From Mobula hypostoma (Eukaryota): a DNA stretch of 64,000 nt. The notes below the pieces were generated by a model that worked only from the letters and a program-made list of their open reading frames with translations, searched no databases and was not told the DNA's origin. The translations under genes were made by a program, and so were the position numbers. Below are positions 13,301-25,590 of this stretch, piece by piece. Position 1 is the first letter of the stretch. Each line of letters opens with the position of its first letter. The stretch covers positions 22,010,001-22,074,000 of the forward strand of contig NC_086108.1 in the NCBI RefSeq assembly GCF_963921235.1, in the 5' to 3' direction.

Positions 13301-16294
13301 TACTGAAGGTTTATTTATCTGCCTGCATGTGATCCATATCACTCTATTGCTTACCATATGTCTAAATGACTCTTAAACCTTACTATCATTTTGCAACACC
13401 CAATTGTTTTGCCTTTTCTCATGAAAGTGGGCAAGGTGCATTTTTTCATAGTGACATTGTTTAATTCAATTATAAGCATGTCAAACAACCTCATCTGATT
13501 TAGCTTGTCCCAATGATGACCTTATTTGAATTACTTAGCATAAATCATTCATCTTTGCCACATGAAACAAGATTTATTTGTATTACCAATACTAAAATGT
13601 TCCTTAAGGTTGTGTACTGATCCATCCTTTCCTAATTCCCATACATTTTCAACTCTGCACAATTATAAGTGAAACAGACTTTTTCCCCCTACCACTGTAC
13701 TGAGCAGTATCACATTAACTCTTTCTGAATATCATAAAATACAAGAACATCTGCTATGAATTCACAGTGACAGCAGTGGAAATGCCTGATCAAGTCCACA
13801 ATTCATTTTAAGAGGAATTCCAAAAATATTTTAATTTTCAGTGCCAATCTTCAATTATATTTGTCAGGGCTTATCCTTCAATAAATTTAATTGCATATCT
13901 ATAGAACTCCAGTGAGAGCAGGTTCTCACTGGGGAGAAAATGACCATATTCTTCCTAATCTCTTAATCCATCTCAGATCTCGCAACCCTTTAAGAATTCT
14001 GAATTCCTTCAAGTGAGGTCAGATCTGGAGATACCACTTAAGCCACTTTCAGATAGTTGTTAAAATCTACCTATTAAACCAAACTTCTGATTATATATCC
14101 TAACATAATTTTTGCGATGAGTCCTTGGGACATTTTTTCTGTTTGATGCCCTATTCTGCACACAAAGTTACTCCTTCCACTTCACTGAGACATAATACTG
14201 CATTTGCTTTCTTTATTTAGCTGTTTACCAGTAGTTAACTTCTTGCATAATGAACATTTTTAAAACTTGCATGCAATCATGTCTTGGTATTGGCTTACTT
14301 GTGTCAGTGCCTGAGGGTTTCTGTGCTTTGCATTGTGTTGTGTTACAAGGAAACATTTTTTACAGTGGAAAAATTCTGTTAAAATAGTTTTGTGTGTAGT
14401 AAATACTTCTGTAAAGATGTACGTGAATTGTTTTAATTCTTGGCATTGGTGGAAAGTGCAAGTTCAGCATGGATGATTGGAAATTTTTATAGGTTCAAAG
14501 TAAGTTCACTTTGTTGTAATTAGTGCCATACTAGCAAGTAGCAGCGTATCTATCTCCAACTTAGTAAAATACTACAAGCAAATGGCGATGGTATACAGCG
14601 GGGACGTAATGTTTCACTTCTCTGTTTGATTTCTCTCCTGAAGGTAGTTGGTGATGGATAGACCGTTTAGATGTGTCAATAAGGTAGTATGATTGAATTT
14701 TTACATCTTGTGAGTTGGAAGTATTTGATTTTCGTATGCAATGAAATGGAGGTCCCCTTTCTCTTCGGTGGACAGTAACTGCAATTACTTGAGGCACTTT
14801 TAGAAAATTCAGGAAATTTTTATACTTCTCTGAAGCTGAAGCCTCTTCAGATGTGGTTCATAAATGTGTGTTTTATCTGTTGAAGACTCTAGTTTTTATT
14901 ATTATTACATCAGACCAACCAATGGAACTCCTAATTCATTATTTACAGTGAGCTACAATGATTGAATAGGAACTTAATGTAAGATAAATCAAAGCAGGTG
15001 TTGCCTTGCTCTGCCATCCAATCTGACCCGTTCTGATCTTTTGCATCAGTGTCAGTTCCTTTGATTTCCGTAATATCTGAAAATTGGTTAGATTTCCATT
15101 TTGACCTGTACTTTGTGACCGGGTGTTCACAACTTTTTTTGGATTGAGAGTTCCTTAGGTTTAGTATAGTCTGGCTGAAGAAATTTAATTTATCTCTATC
15201 TTGAATTGTTATTCCTTACTTTGAAATTAAACCCTTGTTCTAGACATCCAAGCCAGTGAAAATGTAAACTCTACTACACTGCTTAGTCCTTTACAAATTT
15301 TATGCAATTGTGAATGCAACTCATTCTTCCAAATTCAAGACTAAACACGCTGTGTCTCCTTCATCTCTTGTGCAATGTAACAAAGCCCCATCCCAGGAAA
15401 CAACCTGGTTATTCTTCTTATGCACAATATTCCTCAACCCCTTTCCCTAGTATTCTATTGCATTAGAGCAAAACCATGTCTGCTGTTGTACTTAAATCCT
15501 CTGGCAATAAAGGTGATCAATCTGCTTAATTTCCAGTTGTCTGCTAAACCTATATATTTTATATACAAGGACTGTTCTTCTGGAAACCATCACATTTCAA
15601 TCTTTCTTGTTGAAAACATCATTGTCTTGCTACATTTTTGATCAAAAGAGATAACTTCATATCTTTTCACGTTCTATCCAACTTGGAGAGTCGTCATCTG
15701 TCTACGGTCCCCTGATGTTTCTTTGCATTTTGCTATGTTTCATAAGAAATCTGGATATAATACACTTGATACTACTTCACTGAACTCATTGATACAGATA
15801 GTAAATAACTGGAACTCTCATACAGATTTCTGGCAGATTTGACTGGTCAAAGCCTCCTTTCCTTAGATGACCTGTTTATTCCTACTCTTTCAGCTATTAG
15901 CAAGTCTATTATCCTTAATAATGTGCATCCTTATTTTGTTGGATAATCTCTTTTGTGACATTTTATTCTGAAAGTCAAAATACATCACATCAACTGGCTT
16001 ATCTGTTTCTTAAAACGTCAATAAATTCCAGTGGATTTGTCAGACACAAATTCATGTTTACTCCAAAACTGTTTTATTTTCCTAATGCTTTATTACCACT
16101 TCATTCATAATAGAATCTGGCCATTTACTTTCTGATGATGTCACTCTAACTGTCTTTAGTTCCTTGATTACACTCTCCCTTCATCCTGAAAGTGTAGTGT
16201 TATATTCGCTCTTACAATTCAAAGATTCAAAGTACATTTGTTATCAAAGTATGTATACGGAATACATTTCTAGTATCGATGGAACTTTGGAGGT

Positions 16295-16605
16295 TATAGA
16301 GTCATAGAGTCACAGCCCTTTCACTCACCCATCAAATATCCAATCACCCTAATCCACACTAATCCCATTTTCTTTATTCTCCCCACTAATTCCATTTTTT
16401 AAATTCTCCCCATATTCTCATCAACTCTAACCTTTTCATGAGGGAGTAGCTTATGGTGGCAATTAGCTACTAAGCAGCACATCTTTGGGACGTGGGAGGA
16501 AACTGGAGCACCTGGAGGAAACCTGTTTGATCAGATTGAAGAAAGTGCAAACCAACAGATTGTGCCTGAGATCAGGATTGAACCCAGGTCCCTGGCACAG
16601 TGCAG
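16295..16605 (-). mobile_element. V-SINE-like element
   Basis: Contains gggaggaaactggagcacctggaggaaacc (reverse V-domain core) and ggattgaacccagg (reverse B-box). Confidence 0.6.
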
Positions 16606-16635
16606 TGTCATCACCTTCAAATTCCTATGATGCAT

Positions 16636-17409
16636 TTGTTCAGGTCCTGAAGATCTCTTGGTCCTATTTATTACATGGTTATACATTCTTGAATTGACTG
16701 CTCATAATTTGCTGCCATATAAGGTTTTAGGAAATTACTTTGTACGTTCTCCTAGTTGTCCAGCAGTTCAATGAGGTGATTCTGCAGTCATTTAATTTGG
16801 GAACTTGGCCTTGGAATGCAATCTGCTCTAATGAAAATTATCCACAGTCATTTTTATTTTGGCAGAACAATCTGAAATACTTTAGAAGTGATGAGTTTGA
16901 GCTCTGATCCCATTCATGTCTCTACCCATTACTTAAATGCCTGTAATGCAGAATTGTTCTGAGTGGGTATTTTTTAGATGGTCTCAGACATATTCCACAT
17001 GTTTAATTCCTTGTTTATAGTAAAGTGGAGAAACGAGGAGAAAAGAAGCATTTTAAAGTAAAAGACCAAAAATTAACGATTGAATCATTCAAAAGGGCAG
17101 AAGGCAGAATGAAAATTTTGAAGCAATAATTTTATTATGACTTGTATTGTTAGTCCATGATTTTGACAATCATTTTATGGTTCACCCTGAATTTAATGTT
17201 TTAAAGTGTGGGCTGTCTCCAGCTAACAAATAGGTTTCATTTTCATAGAAGTCTAAAAGTCAATTTTGTCCATAACTCAGAAAATACATGTTTTAAAAAA
17301 GTCACTTGATAGGGTAACTGCACTTCTATAGTATTACAATGAATGAATCAAAGATAATTAAGACTGATAAGAAGTGGAAAGGACCAAGAGATCTTCAGGA
17401 CCTGAACAA
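16636..17409. repeat. Perfect 30-bp inverted repeat (16636-16665 and 17380-17409)
   Basis: ttgttcaggtcctgaagatctcttggtcct and aggaccaagagatcttcaggacctgaacaa are exact reverse complements. Confidence 0.95.
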
Positions 17410-17739
17410 TTACAAGAAATGGAAAGAGAGGAATGAAAGTTTGTATGTAATTTGTACCTTTGAAATTAGTAATACAGGTTCTCATTTGGGGTGTCCATAG
17501 TTGGGCGTATGTAACTCTGAGACCACCTGCAATGTGTTTCCACCACTATGATCTTTTGTTTTCAATCTAGATGAGGAGACAATAGGTGTCTTAACATATA
17601 TTTTTGGGATATATACGTTGATCTGGAAATTTATATTGTCCCTCTTGTGGAGCAGAGAATGGTGCAGAAAAGATTCTGTTAAATATTACACCCCTTCCTA
17701 AACCATTGTGCAATTATTGGTACATCTTTTTATTATTTC

Positions 17740-17965
17740 TTTCAAGTTCAAGTTTAATTCTCATTCAATCATACATGAATACCCATGAATTCAGCCAAAC
17801 AAAACAGCGTTCCTCCGGGGCCAAGATGCAAAACACGTTACCATCAGTCATACACAGCACAAGACACTTAACAGATAGCAGTAAAAATAGAGTCACACAA
17901 AAATATCATATAGCCCAAATCCCTGAGTCCATGGATGATGTTGGCAAAAACAAGCCTACAGCAGC
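17740..17965 (-). mobile_element. Non-LTR retroelement 3' end with (TTGAAC)n-type tail, probably Rex-related
   Basis: ttcaagttcaagtttaattctcattc tail; related to 48440-48600. Confidence 0.45.
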
Positions 17966-18889
17966 ATGTAATTATAGCGAACCAATATAGTGCTCATCAG
18001 ATTCTAACTAAGTTTCTCAGAGAAACTTCAGGTTGTATTTTTGCAAAGCAGCTAACATGCTGTCACCCACAGCCAGCACTGCCAAGCAGAAAAGTTGGTC
18101 CTATTTTAATAACTGTTGAATATTGAGCAAATATATGCAATGTGAGTTAATTTGTTCCCAGCATTGTCTAGTTTCTGATTGTTGCCTTCATTTTTGTTCA
18201 TTAAACTGTTTTGTTAAATAGTCTCGATGTTCTAAGTCATATTTAAGGCATGAAACCCAGTGAAAAGTGGGAATCTCATTCCAAGTGAAATTACAACATG
18301 TGCTGTCAAGAGGACATGTAAATAAACAGCTTTGTTTTATTCAGTTGATAGCAGCTGGCAAATTGGACCATAAAACCATAAGAAAAACTAAAGTGAAAAG
18401 GATTTTATTTTGCACTATGGTTGTCCTTAATAAATACTAGAAAAATTATGATGTAATTCCACAAAAATCATAGGACAGTCACCCCTGAACAGCTGAACTG
18501 ACAAGAGTAGAGGGTTATTTATCTTAAGGACCTTAACTGCAGCGAAGCAGGTGTTTGAGTGATGTCTGAAAAATTTGGGGCCATGTCTTTCAATCACTAG
18601 TAGCCAGACCCTTTTATTGTCCATGTTGTGACTAATGCTTAAGGCATGCAGAAAGCATACAGGCAGTGTGAGTGACTTCAGGCATCCAGGAACACAGAAC
18701 AATACAATGGAGCATCTACCTTCTGTCAGTGAGGTACGTGAAGACCTTCAACAGCCCAGTCACTTTCCTTCAATGCACTCTCTATATGATCTGAGAAAAG
18801 AAATTGCAAAGCATGGTGAAACCGGTAACGTTCAAGCAGTCATGATAAATTAATTTTGTCAATGCTACAGAGGCCTTCCTACAGAAATG

Positions 18890-19450
18890 CACATCAGCCA
18901 CACATTTTAATTCCACATCCCATTCCCATTCTGACATGTCTATCCACGGCCTCCTCTACTGTAAAGATGAAGCCACACTCAGGTTGTATTCCGTCTGGGT
19001 AGCTTCCAACCTGATGGCATGAACATTGACTTCTCTAACTTCCGCTAATGCCCCTCCTCCCCCACCTACCCCATTCCGTTATTTATTTATATACACACAT
19101 TCTTTCTCTCTCTCTCTCCTTTTTCTCCCTCTGTCCCTCTGACTATACCCCTTGCCAATCCTCTGGGTTTCCCCCCCCTCCCCCTTTTCCTTCTCCCTGG
19201 GCCTCCTGTCCCATGATCCTCTCATATCCCTTTTGCCAATCACCTGTCCAGCTCTTGGCTCCATCCCTCCCCCTCCTGTCTTCTCCTATCATTTTCGATC
19301 TCCGCCTCCCCCTCCCACATTCAAATCTCTTACTCACTCTTCCTTGAGTTAGTCCTGACGAAAGGTCTCGGCCTGAAATGTCGACTGTACCTCTTCCTAG
19401 AGATGCTGCCTGGCCTGCTGCGTTCACCAGCAACTTTGATGTGTGTTGCA
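18890..19450 (+). mobile_element. Penelope-like element 3' part (GIY-YIG C-terminus + pseudo-LTR)
   Basis: ATHFNSTSHSHSDMSIHGLLYCKDEATLRL..FRLGSFQPDGMNIDFSNFR*, then a pyrimidine-rich UTR and hammerhead motif; nearly identical to the 43703-44637 copies. Confidence 0.88.
19350..19387 (+). ncRNA. Minimal type I hammerhead ribozyme (Penelope-associated), stem III palindrome altered
   Basis: tagtc CTGACGA aaggtctcggcct GAAA tgTC gactg; stem I agtc/gact; predicted cleavage after C19382. Confidence 0.75.
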
Positions 19451-19719
19451 TATCAGTACACTGACTTCATGCTGTGAGCAGAGAGAATTGAAGTGAAGCA
19501 GTCAAAGATTGCTCATAATGAGAGATAGACAGATGCCTTCTCTATATCTGCCTTCTATTCCAGTCTGTGAGAGCCATGGAATGTCAAGTACATGGCAAAG
19601 AAAATGCCCTTTTAGAGATTTTGTAACTCCTTTAAGACTAGTATCCTTCTAACCTTACTGAAGTCAAATAAAATGTGGGGTCTGAAGCAATGTACAGAAA
19701 ATAGCTTTTGATCAATTTT

Positions 19720-19845
19720 GAAACACAAGAGACTCTGTAGATGCTGGAAATCCAGAGTAAAGCGAAGAAAATGCTGGAAGAACGCAGCAGGTTAGGCAGC
19801 ATTTATAGAGAGAAATAAACAGTTGACTGTTTATCAGGACTCATT
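19720..19845 (-). mobile_element. Penelope-like pseudo-LTR fragment
   Basis: agatgctggaaatccag..tgctggaagaacgcagcaggttaggcagc, homologous to 43715-43800. Confidence 0.65.
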
Positions 19846-20009
19846 TGTGTATGTTTTGCTCAGTTTCATTTTGTTCTCTTGTGGATTAGACAGCTGATCT
19901 GGACTTTACTGATTACAATACAGAAGGTGGTCTTTTGGTTCATTGTGTCCACTCCGAGTCCCAGCAGAGCAGTGTCATCGGTTCCACTCCTGCTCTTATT
20001 CCCCTGTCT

Positions 20010-20220
20010 CTTTTTAAGAGATACAGCACGGAACAAGCCCTTCCAGCCCAATGAGTTGTAATGCCCAGTAACTCATTAGATTGTTGGAGGCAACTGGAAC
20101 ACCAGAGGAAACCCATGTGGTCACGGGAGGATGTACACATTCCTTATAGAGGACGCTGGACTTAAACTCCAATCTCTGATGCTCCGAGCTATAAGAGCTT
20201 TATGTTAACCACTACGCACA
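20010..20220 (-). mobile_element. V-SINE (HE1-like)
   Basis: Reverse complement of the SINE at 24266 (ggaggcaactggaacaccagaggaaacccatg). Confidence 0.7.
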
Positions 20221-20989
20221 AATCCATCAGTTCCATTTTGATTCTTTTGCAACTCATCGCCTCTGAGGAATATTTAGCCACAGTCAGTTAACTAACCAGC
20301 ATATCTCTGCCTTGGAAAAGGAAGTTGTGGTACCCATGCTGTGCAAACTACATAGCTTGCAAGGTCAGAATCCAGTCCAGATGGCAGGGGAAGTAACGCA
20401 GCAGCATTACCTGCTGCAACAAAGCACTCCATTTAGACGCCAGCATTCAAGCACAGTCAGGAATTCACTAGTGGAGCTGCCTGAATTTGTTGAGATCAAG
20501 GAGGTGATAGGGATGAAGGATTATTGGTGAAGGTGAGGCAGTTTGGTGTGGTGTGGAAGAGTTGTCACTTCATTACAGAGTTAGAGTTAAGTTGTTCTGG
20601 GGTTGGATTGAGGCATGTGTTGAGACTGTCTCCATTGGCCTGGCTTTCAGAGGTAGTGAAGTAATCACAACCTGACTGCTGTTCTGTTTACTTCCCAGTC
20701 CTTGATGAAGAATGATGTTTGCGGAGGACCTGAAGCTGTTTCACCACAGGATCCATAAGATAACCAATTTATATGTTTTAAAAATGTGGTTTGAACGCCA
20801 CAAGTGAAAGTGACTACCAATTTTGGCACATTTCTCTTATCAAAAAACAGTATTACTTTTTCACACTTTTGCTGGTAACATTTACAATTCTTTTGAAAAT
20901 CATCCACAGTTTGGTTAGACTTCAGTCATCCATGTGCCACAAAAAGAGATGAGGAAGAGAACAGAGTATTTTTTTCATTGGGTTTCATT

Positions 20990-21290
20990 CTGTCATCAAT
21001 TCTATGCTAGTTTGCCGATCAATCCCATTTCCCCTGTTTGTTTCCCTGTATTTTCTCTTATGTAACTAGCAACTGCACCTTTATTCTCCTCCCACCCAGA
21101 AAATTAGGGATAATTTACAGCAGTCAGTTGAAGTAGCATATTTTTAGAATGTGGGTACAAGCGTGGAGTACAGTGGGAAATCAGCATGTCCACTGGGAGA
21201 CACTATAAATACCACATGAGCATCACCAGAAGCCAAGATGGAATATTGACTTTTGGAGCTCTGAGGCAGTAGCACTACCTGCTGCATCCG
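20990..21290 (-). mobile_element. Decayed V-SINE-like element
   Basis: Similar layout to 16295-16605. Confidence 0.45.
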
Positions 21291-21430
21291 TTCCTCCTCT
21301 AGGATTGGAAAAACAATATTCCATATATCATCAGAAAAGACTGCCGTAGAAATAATCACTTTGGAGGTACAGTACATGTAAGCTCCGCCTTTTTCACTTT
21401 TGTTGTCATAATGCAGTAATTGAGCTACCA

Positions 21431-22730
21431 CTGTACAGCTATGGAAATTTGCAACAGTCTTTGATGATATGCCAGTTCTCCTCAAACCTCTAACAAAGTA
21501 GAGCCATTGGTGTGCATTCTTCATTATTGCATCAATATGTTAGTCCCAGTGCACATCCTCTGAGATATCGCCATCCAGGAACTTAAAACTGCTCACTTTT
21601 CCACTGCTAATCCCTCAGTGAGGACTGCTGTGTGTTCTTCACAATCAATTTCTTGATCTTGCTAGCGTTGCATGCAAGGTTGTTGTTGCAAACCACTCAA
21701 CTAGCTGATCAGTCTCACCTCAGTGCACCTTGTCATCATCCGAGATTTTACCAACAGCAGTCTGGTATGGAGGCTCCAATGTACAGGCCTGCAAGAGGCT
21801 GTAGAGGGTTGCAGGCTCAGCCAGCTCCATCAGGGGCACACCCCTCCTTGCCATGGAAGCCATCTTCAAGAGGCTTTTCCTCAGGAAGGTGGCATATATC
21901 AGAAAGAACCTTCACCATCAGGGACATACCCTCTTCTCGTTACTACCATCAGGGAGGAGGTGTAGAAGTCTGAAGCCTCATGTTCAATGATTCTTCCATT
22001 AAATTTCTGAACGGTCCATGAATGTTACCTAATTATTTCTATTTTCTTTTATTTATTTATTTATTTATTTATTATAGAATAGAGTAGAACTTGATTGTCA
22101 TTGCCCTAGACAATAAGATTGCAGTGCTACTCCAGTCTGTGCAAAAACATATTTACAATGCATGTGGTGCAGCTTAATTAAAAAAAAATCCCTTATTTAC
22201 ATGCAACAAGTGACTTTGATAGTCCGTAACACTCAAAGACCATTGGCATTATTCAGGCTGTAGCATTATTCAGGTGCACAACGGCCCTCAGGAAGAAGCT
22301 ATTTTTCAGTCTTGCTATCCTGGCTAAGATGTTTCTGTATCTCCTTCCAAATGGCAGAAAATTGAACAAACAGTGTCTGGGATAGGACAGGTCTTTAATG
22401 ATGTTACGAGCGTGCCATAGGCATCGAGAGTTGTAGATTATCTCCAGGTCCGGTAGTTGAGTCCCAATGATGTGCTGAGCTGTCCTACTCTAGCTGTCGT
22501 TGGAGTGCTTTGTGATCTGTCTTGCTGCAGCTAGAGCACCACACTGTTATTCCATATGTCAGTATGCTCTCTATCCCACATTGTTAAAAGTTAGCCAGCA
22601 ATTTTTGGGGCAGATTAGCTCTCCTTAAGCACCCCGGGTAGTATTTTGTAATTTATACTAATTTTATGTTTTTGCTTTGTACTACTCACAAAATCGCAAA
22701 TTTCATGTCAATAAACCAGATTCTGGTTCT
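21431..22730. mobile_element. Rex1/Babar copy with inverted 5' segment (minus 21431-21759, plus 21760-22730), carrying a second nested Rex copy
   Basis: The minus part ends at ..KTVANFHSCTV and the plus part starts at VWYGG. Tail aataaaccagattctggttct. Candidate TSD ctacca at 21425-21430 and 22734-22739. Confidence 0.75.
22072..22640 (-). mobile_element. Rex1/Babar 3' fragment with (TTCTA)n tail, nested in the AT-rich 3' UTR of the previous copy
   Basis: atagaatagagtagaac tail; minus strand NFxQCGIESILTYGITVWCSSC-like segment. Confidence 0.75.
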
Positions 22731-24265
22731 AAACTACCAAGGAGCAGTTGTAAGTAATGCTAATTTGGTGAACAGCCAGTAGTAGTGAAAATGCCAGTTA
22801 TCTCAACCTGTACTGTATTGACAATATACACCAGCTGTCATCAACAGATAATTGCATTTCAACTTGTGATTTATCAATGCTCCAGGGTAGCTTGTATAAG
22901 AAAGGATACCTCAAAGAGCTGACTATCCCATGTTGTGATTTTGATGCATTATTATACCAGTCACTGGTGTTTATGTGGGAGCTTGCTGCCCTTAGTGGAG
23001 GGTGTCTTATTATTTTTCTTCAGAAGCTACAGCATTGAAGAGCATTCATGGAGTAATCTACTATTTTGGTAAAGGTTGTTTATTTAAAGAAAACTACTTT
23101 TGCACTTGATTTTCAGAGCCTGTTAAAGAAACAGAGAAGCTAGCTCATGGGTGGCTTGAAACTATTGATATTGCCCATTGCTTTTGATCGATTTTCCTGT
23201 TTCTTTCTCCTCTTTTGCTATAAGCCTACAAACTGTGTCAGAAAGCCCAGGCAGTAAAATGCTGCTGTCCATCTTTCACCTGTGTTTCTGTGATATGATG
23301 TCTATAAGTGCATGACATCTTTGTACTTGTGTCCAGTGTTGTTCTTTTGGATTCAGTTTGAATTCCTTTTTGTTTATCACAGCAGACAAAGCTAGAATCT
23401 TCAAAATTTGGTAACGTGGGTGAATAAACTCATTTCCTTACACAATAAGCACCACTTAAATTATAACTTGCCACATTAATTTATTCGTATCTTGGATTGG
23501 TTATAGCACCTTGTCAGGCTTTATAGACAAGTGCCAGTAAACCCTGTACTGAAATGTTTTCTAGTTAGTTTCCCCAGTGCTGTTTCTCTGTTACGGCTTT
23601 TTCATTATTTTTCTGTGGTGATTACATTTATACTTGGACAAATATTCTCTCCATAATTCCTTTGTGATGTCTGCACAGTAATGCAAGTTATAGACTGAGA
23701 TTCAATTCTATTCGTAGTGCTTAGTAGACTAGGAATTGATTTATGTGCTGCATTGCTGAAAATTGACTACTGAGTAATTTATGCCCTTTTTTTTTACTCC
23801 CTGACTCCATCCATGCTTCAACCCAAGAAAAGAGTCATCATATGGGACAAGTGCACAATTTGAGGCTCAGATATTTGTTACATCTCAGAGTATCTTTGTG
23901 TGCACTTCGGGACATACCAAGTCTATGTATGTCAGTTGTTATGTATGAATTCTACAGGTAATTCCACTTCTGCATGAAAAAATGAGAAACCTTCACTCTC
24001 TGTCTCTTTAGCTCTTTCTGCCTTTCTCTTTGTGTTTCTTTTCACCTCTAAATCAAAGTCAAGTTTGTTGTCACTTAATTGGGTAACACTTTACTCAGGA
24101 TGTGATTTTTAGAATGATTCAGATATAATTTGCAGAGAGGCCAGGATGGGATTGGATAATTCCCTTAAAGATGTGAAAATATTGTTTGGGATAGTTTATG
24201 CCTGGGAGTGCTGTGTCCTGTTATAGTATACTTCTCGAGAATTTCCTGCTTTCCTGAATAATAAT

Positions 24266-24526
24266 GGGACACCACGACAACTCAGGGCATTGGAGTTTGG
24301 CGTTCAATCCCAGCATCTTCCGTAAGGAGTCTCTGTACGTCCTCCCTGTGGACTGTGTGGGTTTTCTCCAGGTTCTCCCGTTTCCTCCCTTAGTGCAAAG
24401 ACGTACCAGGTAGGTTAATTGGTCATTGTAAATTGTCCTCTGATTAGGTTAGGGTAAATCGGGGTTGTCAGGGATTGCTGGGCGGGAAGGGCCTACTCTG
24501 CACAGCATCTCTAAATAAATAAATAA
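24266..24526 (+). mobile_element. V-SINE (HE1-like) with (TAAA)n tail
   Basis: B-box gttcaatccc, V-domain gtgggttttctccaggttctcccgtttcctccc, tail taaataaataaataa. Confidence 0.8.
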
Positions 24527-25290
24527 TGTGGAAATGGGAACTTCTTGTGTTTCTTGAAAATAAAGGCTACGTTAGAAAACAAATTCATTTGCTTTGGTTG
24601 TGATAAAAGGACTTCAAAAAGTACTTGGTTTGCTGGATAAAATCAGCTGGTAATCGTTAATGCTGCTGACTGCAGATGCACAGGCACAGAAAATCTTATC
24701 CAGGAAATGCACTAAAAGCTTTAATATCTCTCTTGGCAGCTTTTATACAATCCATTAAAATCCATCAATATGAACCGTGTTGTGCTCCAATGAGAGAGGC
24801 CAGTGATCAATAAAACACTTTGCATATCCATTTATTGGCTGGCTGTCTTGTTGTAATATATGAGAAAGGATAACAGAGCTGTATGAAAGGTGTTGGTATA
24901 TTTTGTGCAGCCTTTGTGGCCAGAGTCCAGATTCTGTGGACAGACAATGAGTTCATTCATCCATGGTAGAGCAGAGTGGTCAAACTGCGTTGAAGATGAG
25001 GAACAGCTTCTTTTGTTGCTCGGTAGAAAGCAGATTTTACCTGACCCCTAAACCCTTGGAAAGGTCTTTTGTCTTGTGTGTATTTGATCAAAGTGCCAGT
25101 CGCCAGTGGGTGATGCAAGGCTAATTGGGATGTTGAAGCTTGTTAGGGTGAGATGCGCTGTATCGAGTTGGTGTTTGAGAAGTATGCAGAGATTCTGGTG
25201 CTGGTGGTAATTGTGAACCTTTGATCTCATGCTTAGCTGATTTGTTCTCTGAAATGCTGCTGCTGGGTGTGTATGTTTGCTTCAAAGGGT

Positions 25291-25590
25291 TTCTCTTGAA
25301 ACACAGATAAAGGAATTGAAAATAAAGTTTTGTGATTGCTTGTTGAAAGTGCTAAGTTTCTGCTCAAAAAATGGTGATGTAAAACAGTTGAGAGATTTTG
25401 TGCAGTGTCAATGGACTGCAGACAAAGGAATTTCTGATTTTTTAAAATATTCTCTTGAAGTACAGATAAAGGAATTGAAAATAAAAATTTTGTGATTGCC
25501 TGTTGAAAGTGCTAAGTTTCTGCTCAAAAACAGTGATGTAGAACAGTTGAGAGTTGTGTAGTGTCAATGGACTGCAGACAAAGGAGTTTC
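25291..25590 (+). repeat. Tandem duplication, 159-bp period, 2 copies
   Basis: ttctcttgaa..cagataaaggaattgaaaataaa..gtgtcaatggactgcagacaaagga starts at 25291 and again at 25450. Confidence 0.95.

Noticed and set aside
14575..14790. CpG-containing unique segment with ATGGCGATGG and LRWTVT resembling RASAL2 LRRTVS
   Set aside because: The flanking translation does not match the upstream RASAL2 exon, and I found no compatible splice sites.
24947..25050. Short ORF MSSFIHGRAEWSNCVEDEEQLLLLL with possible phase-1 donor G|gtagaa
   Set aside because: The donor is weak and I recognise no homology, so support is insufficient.
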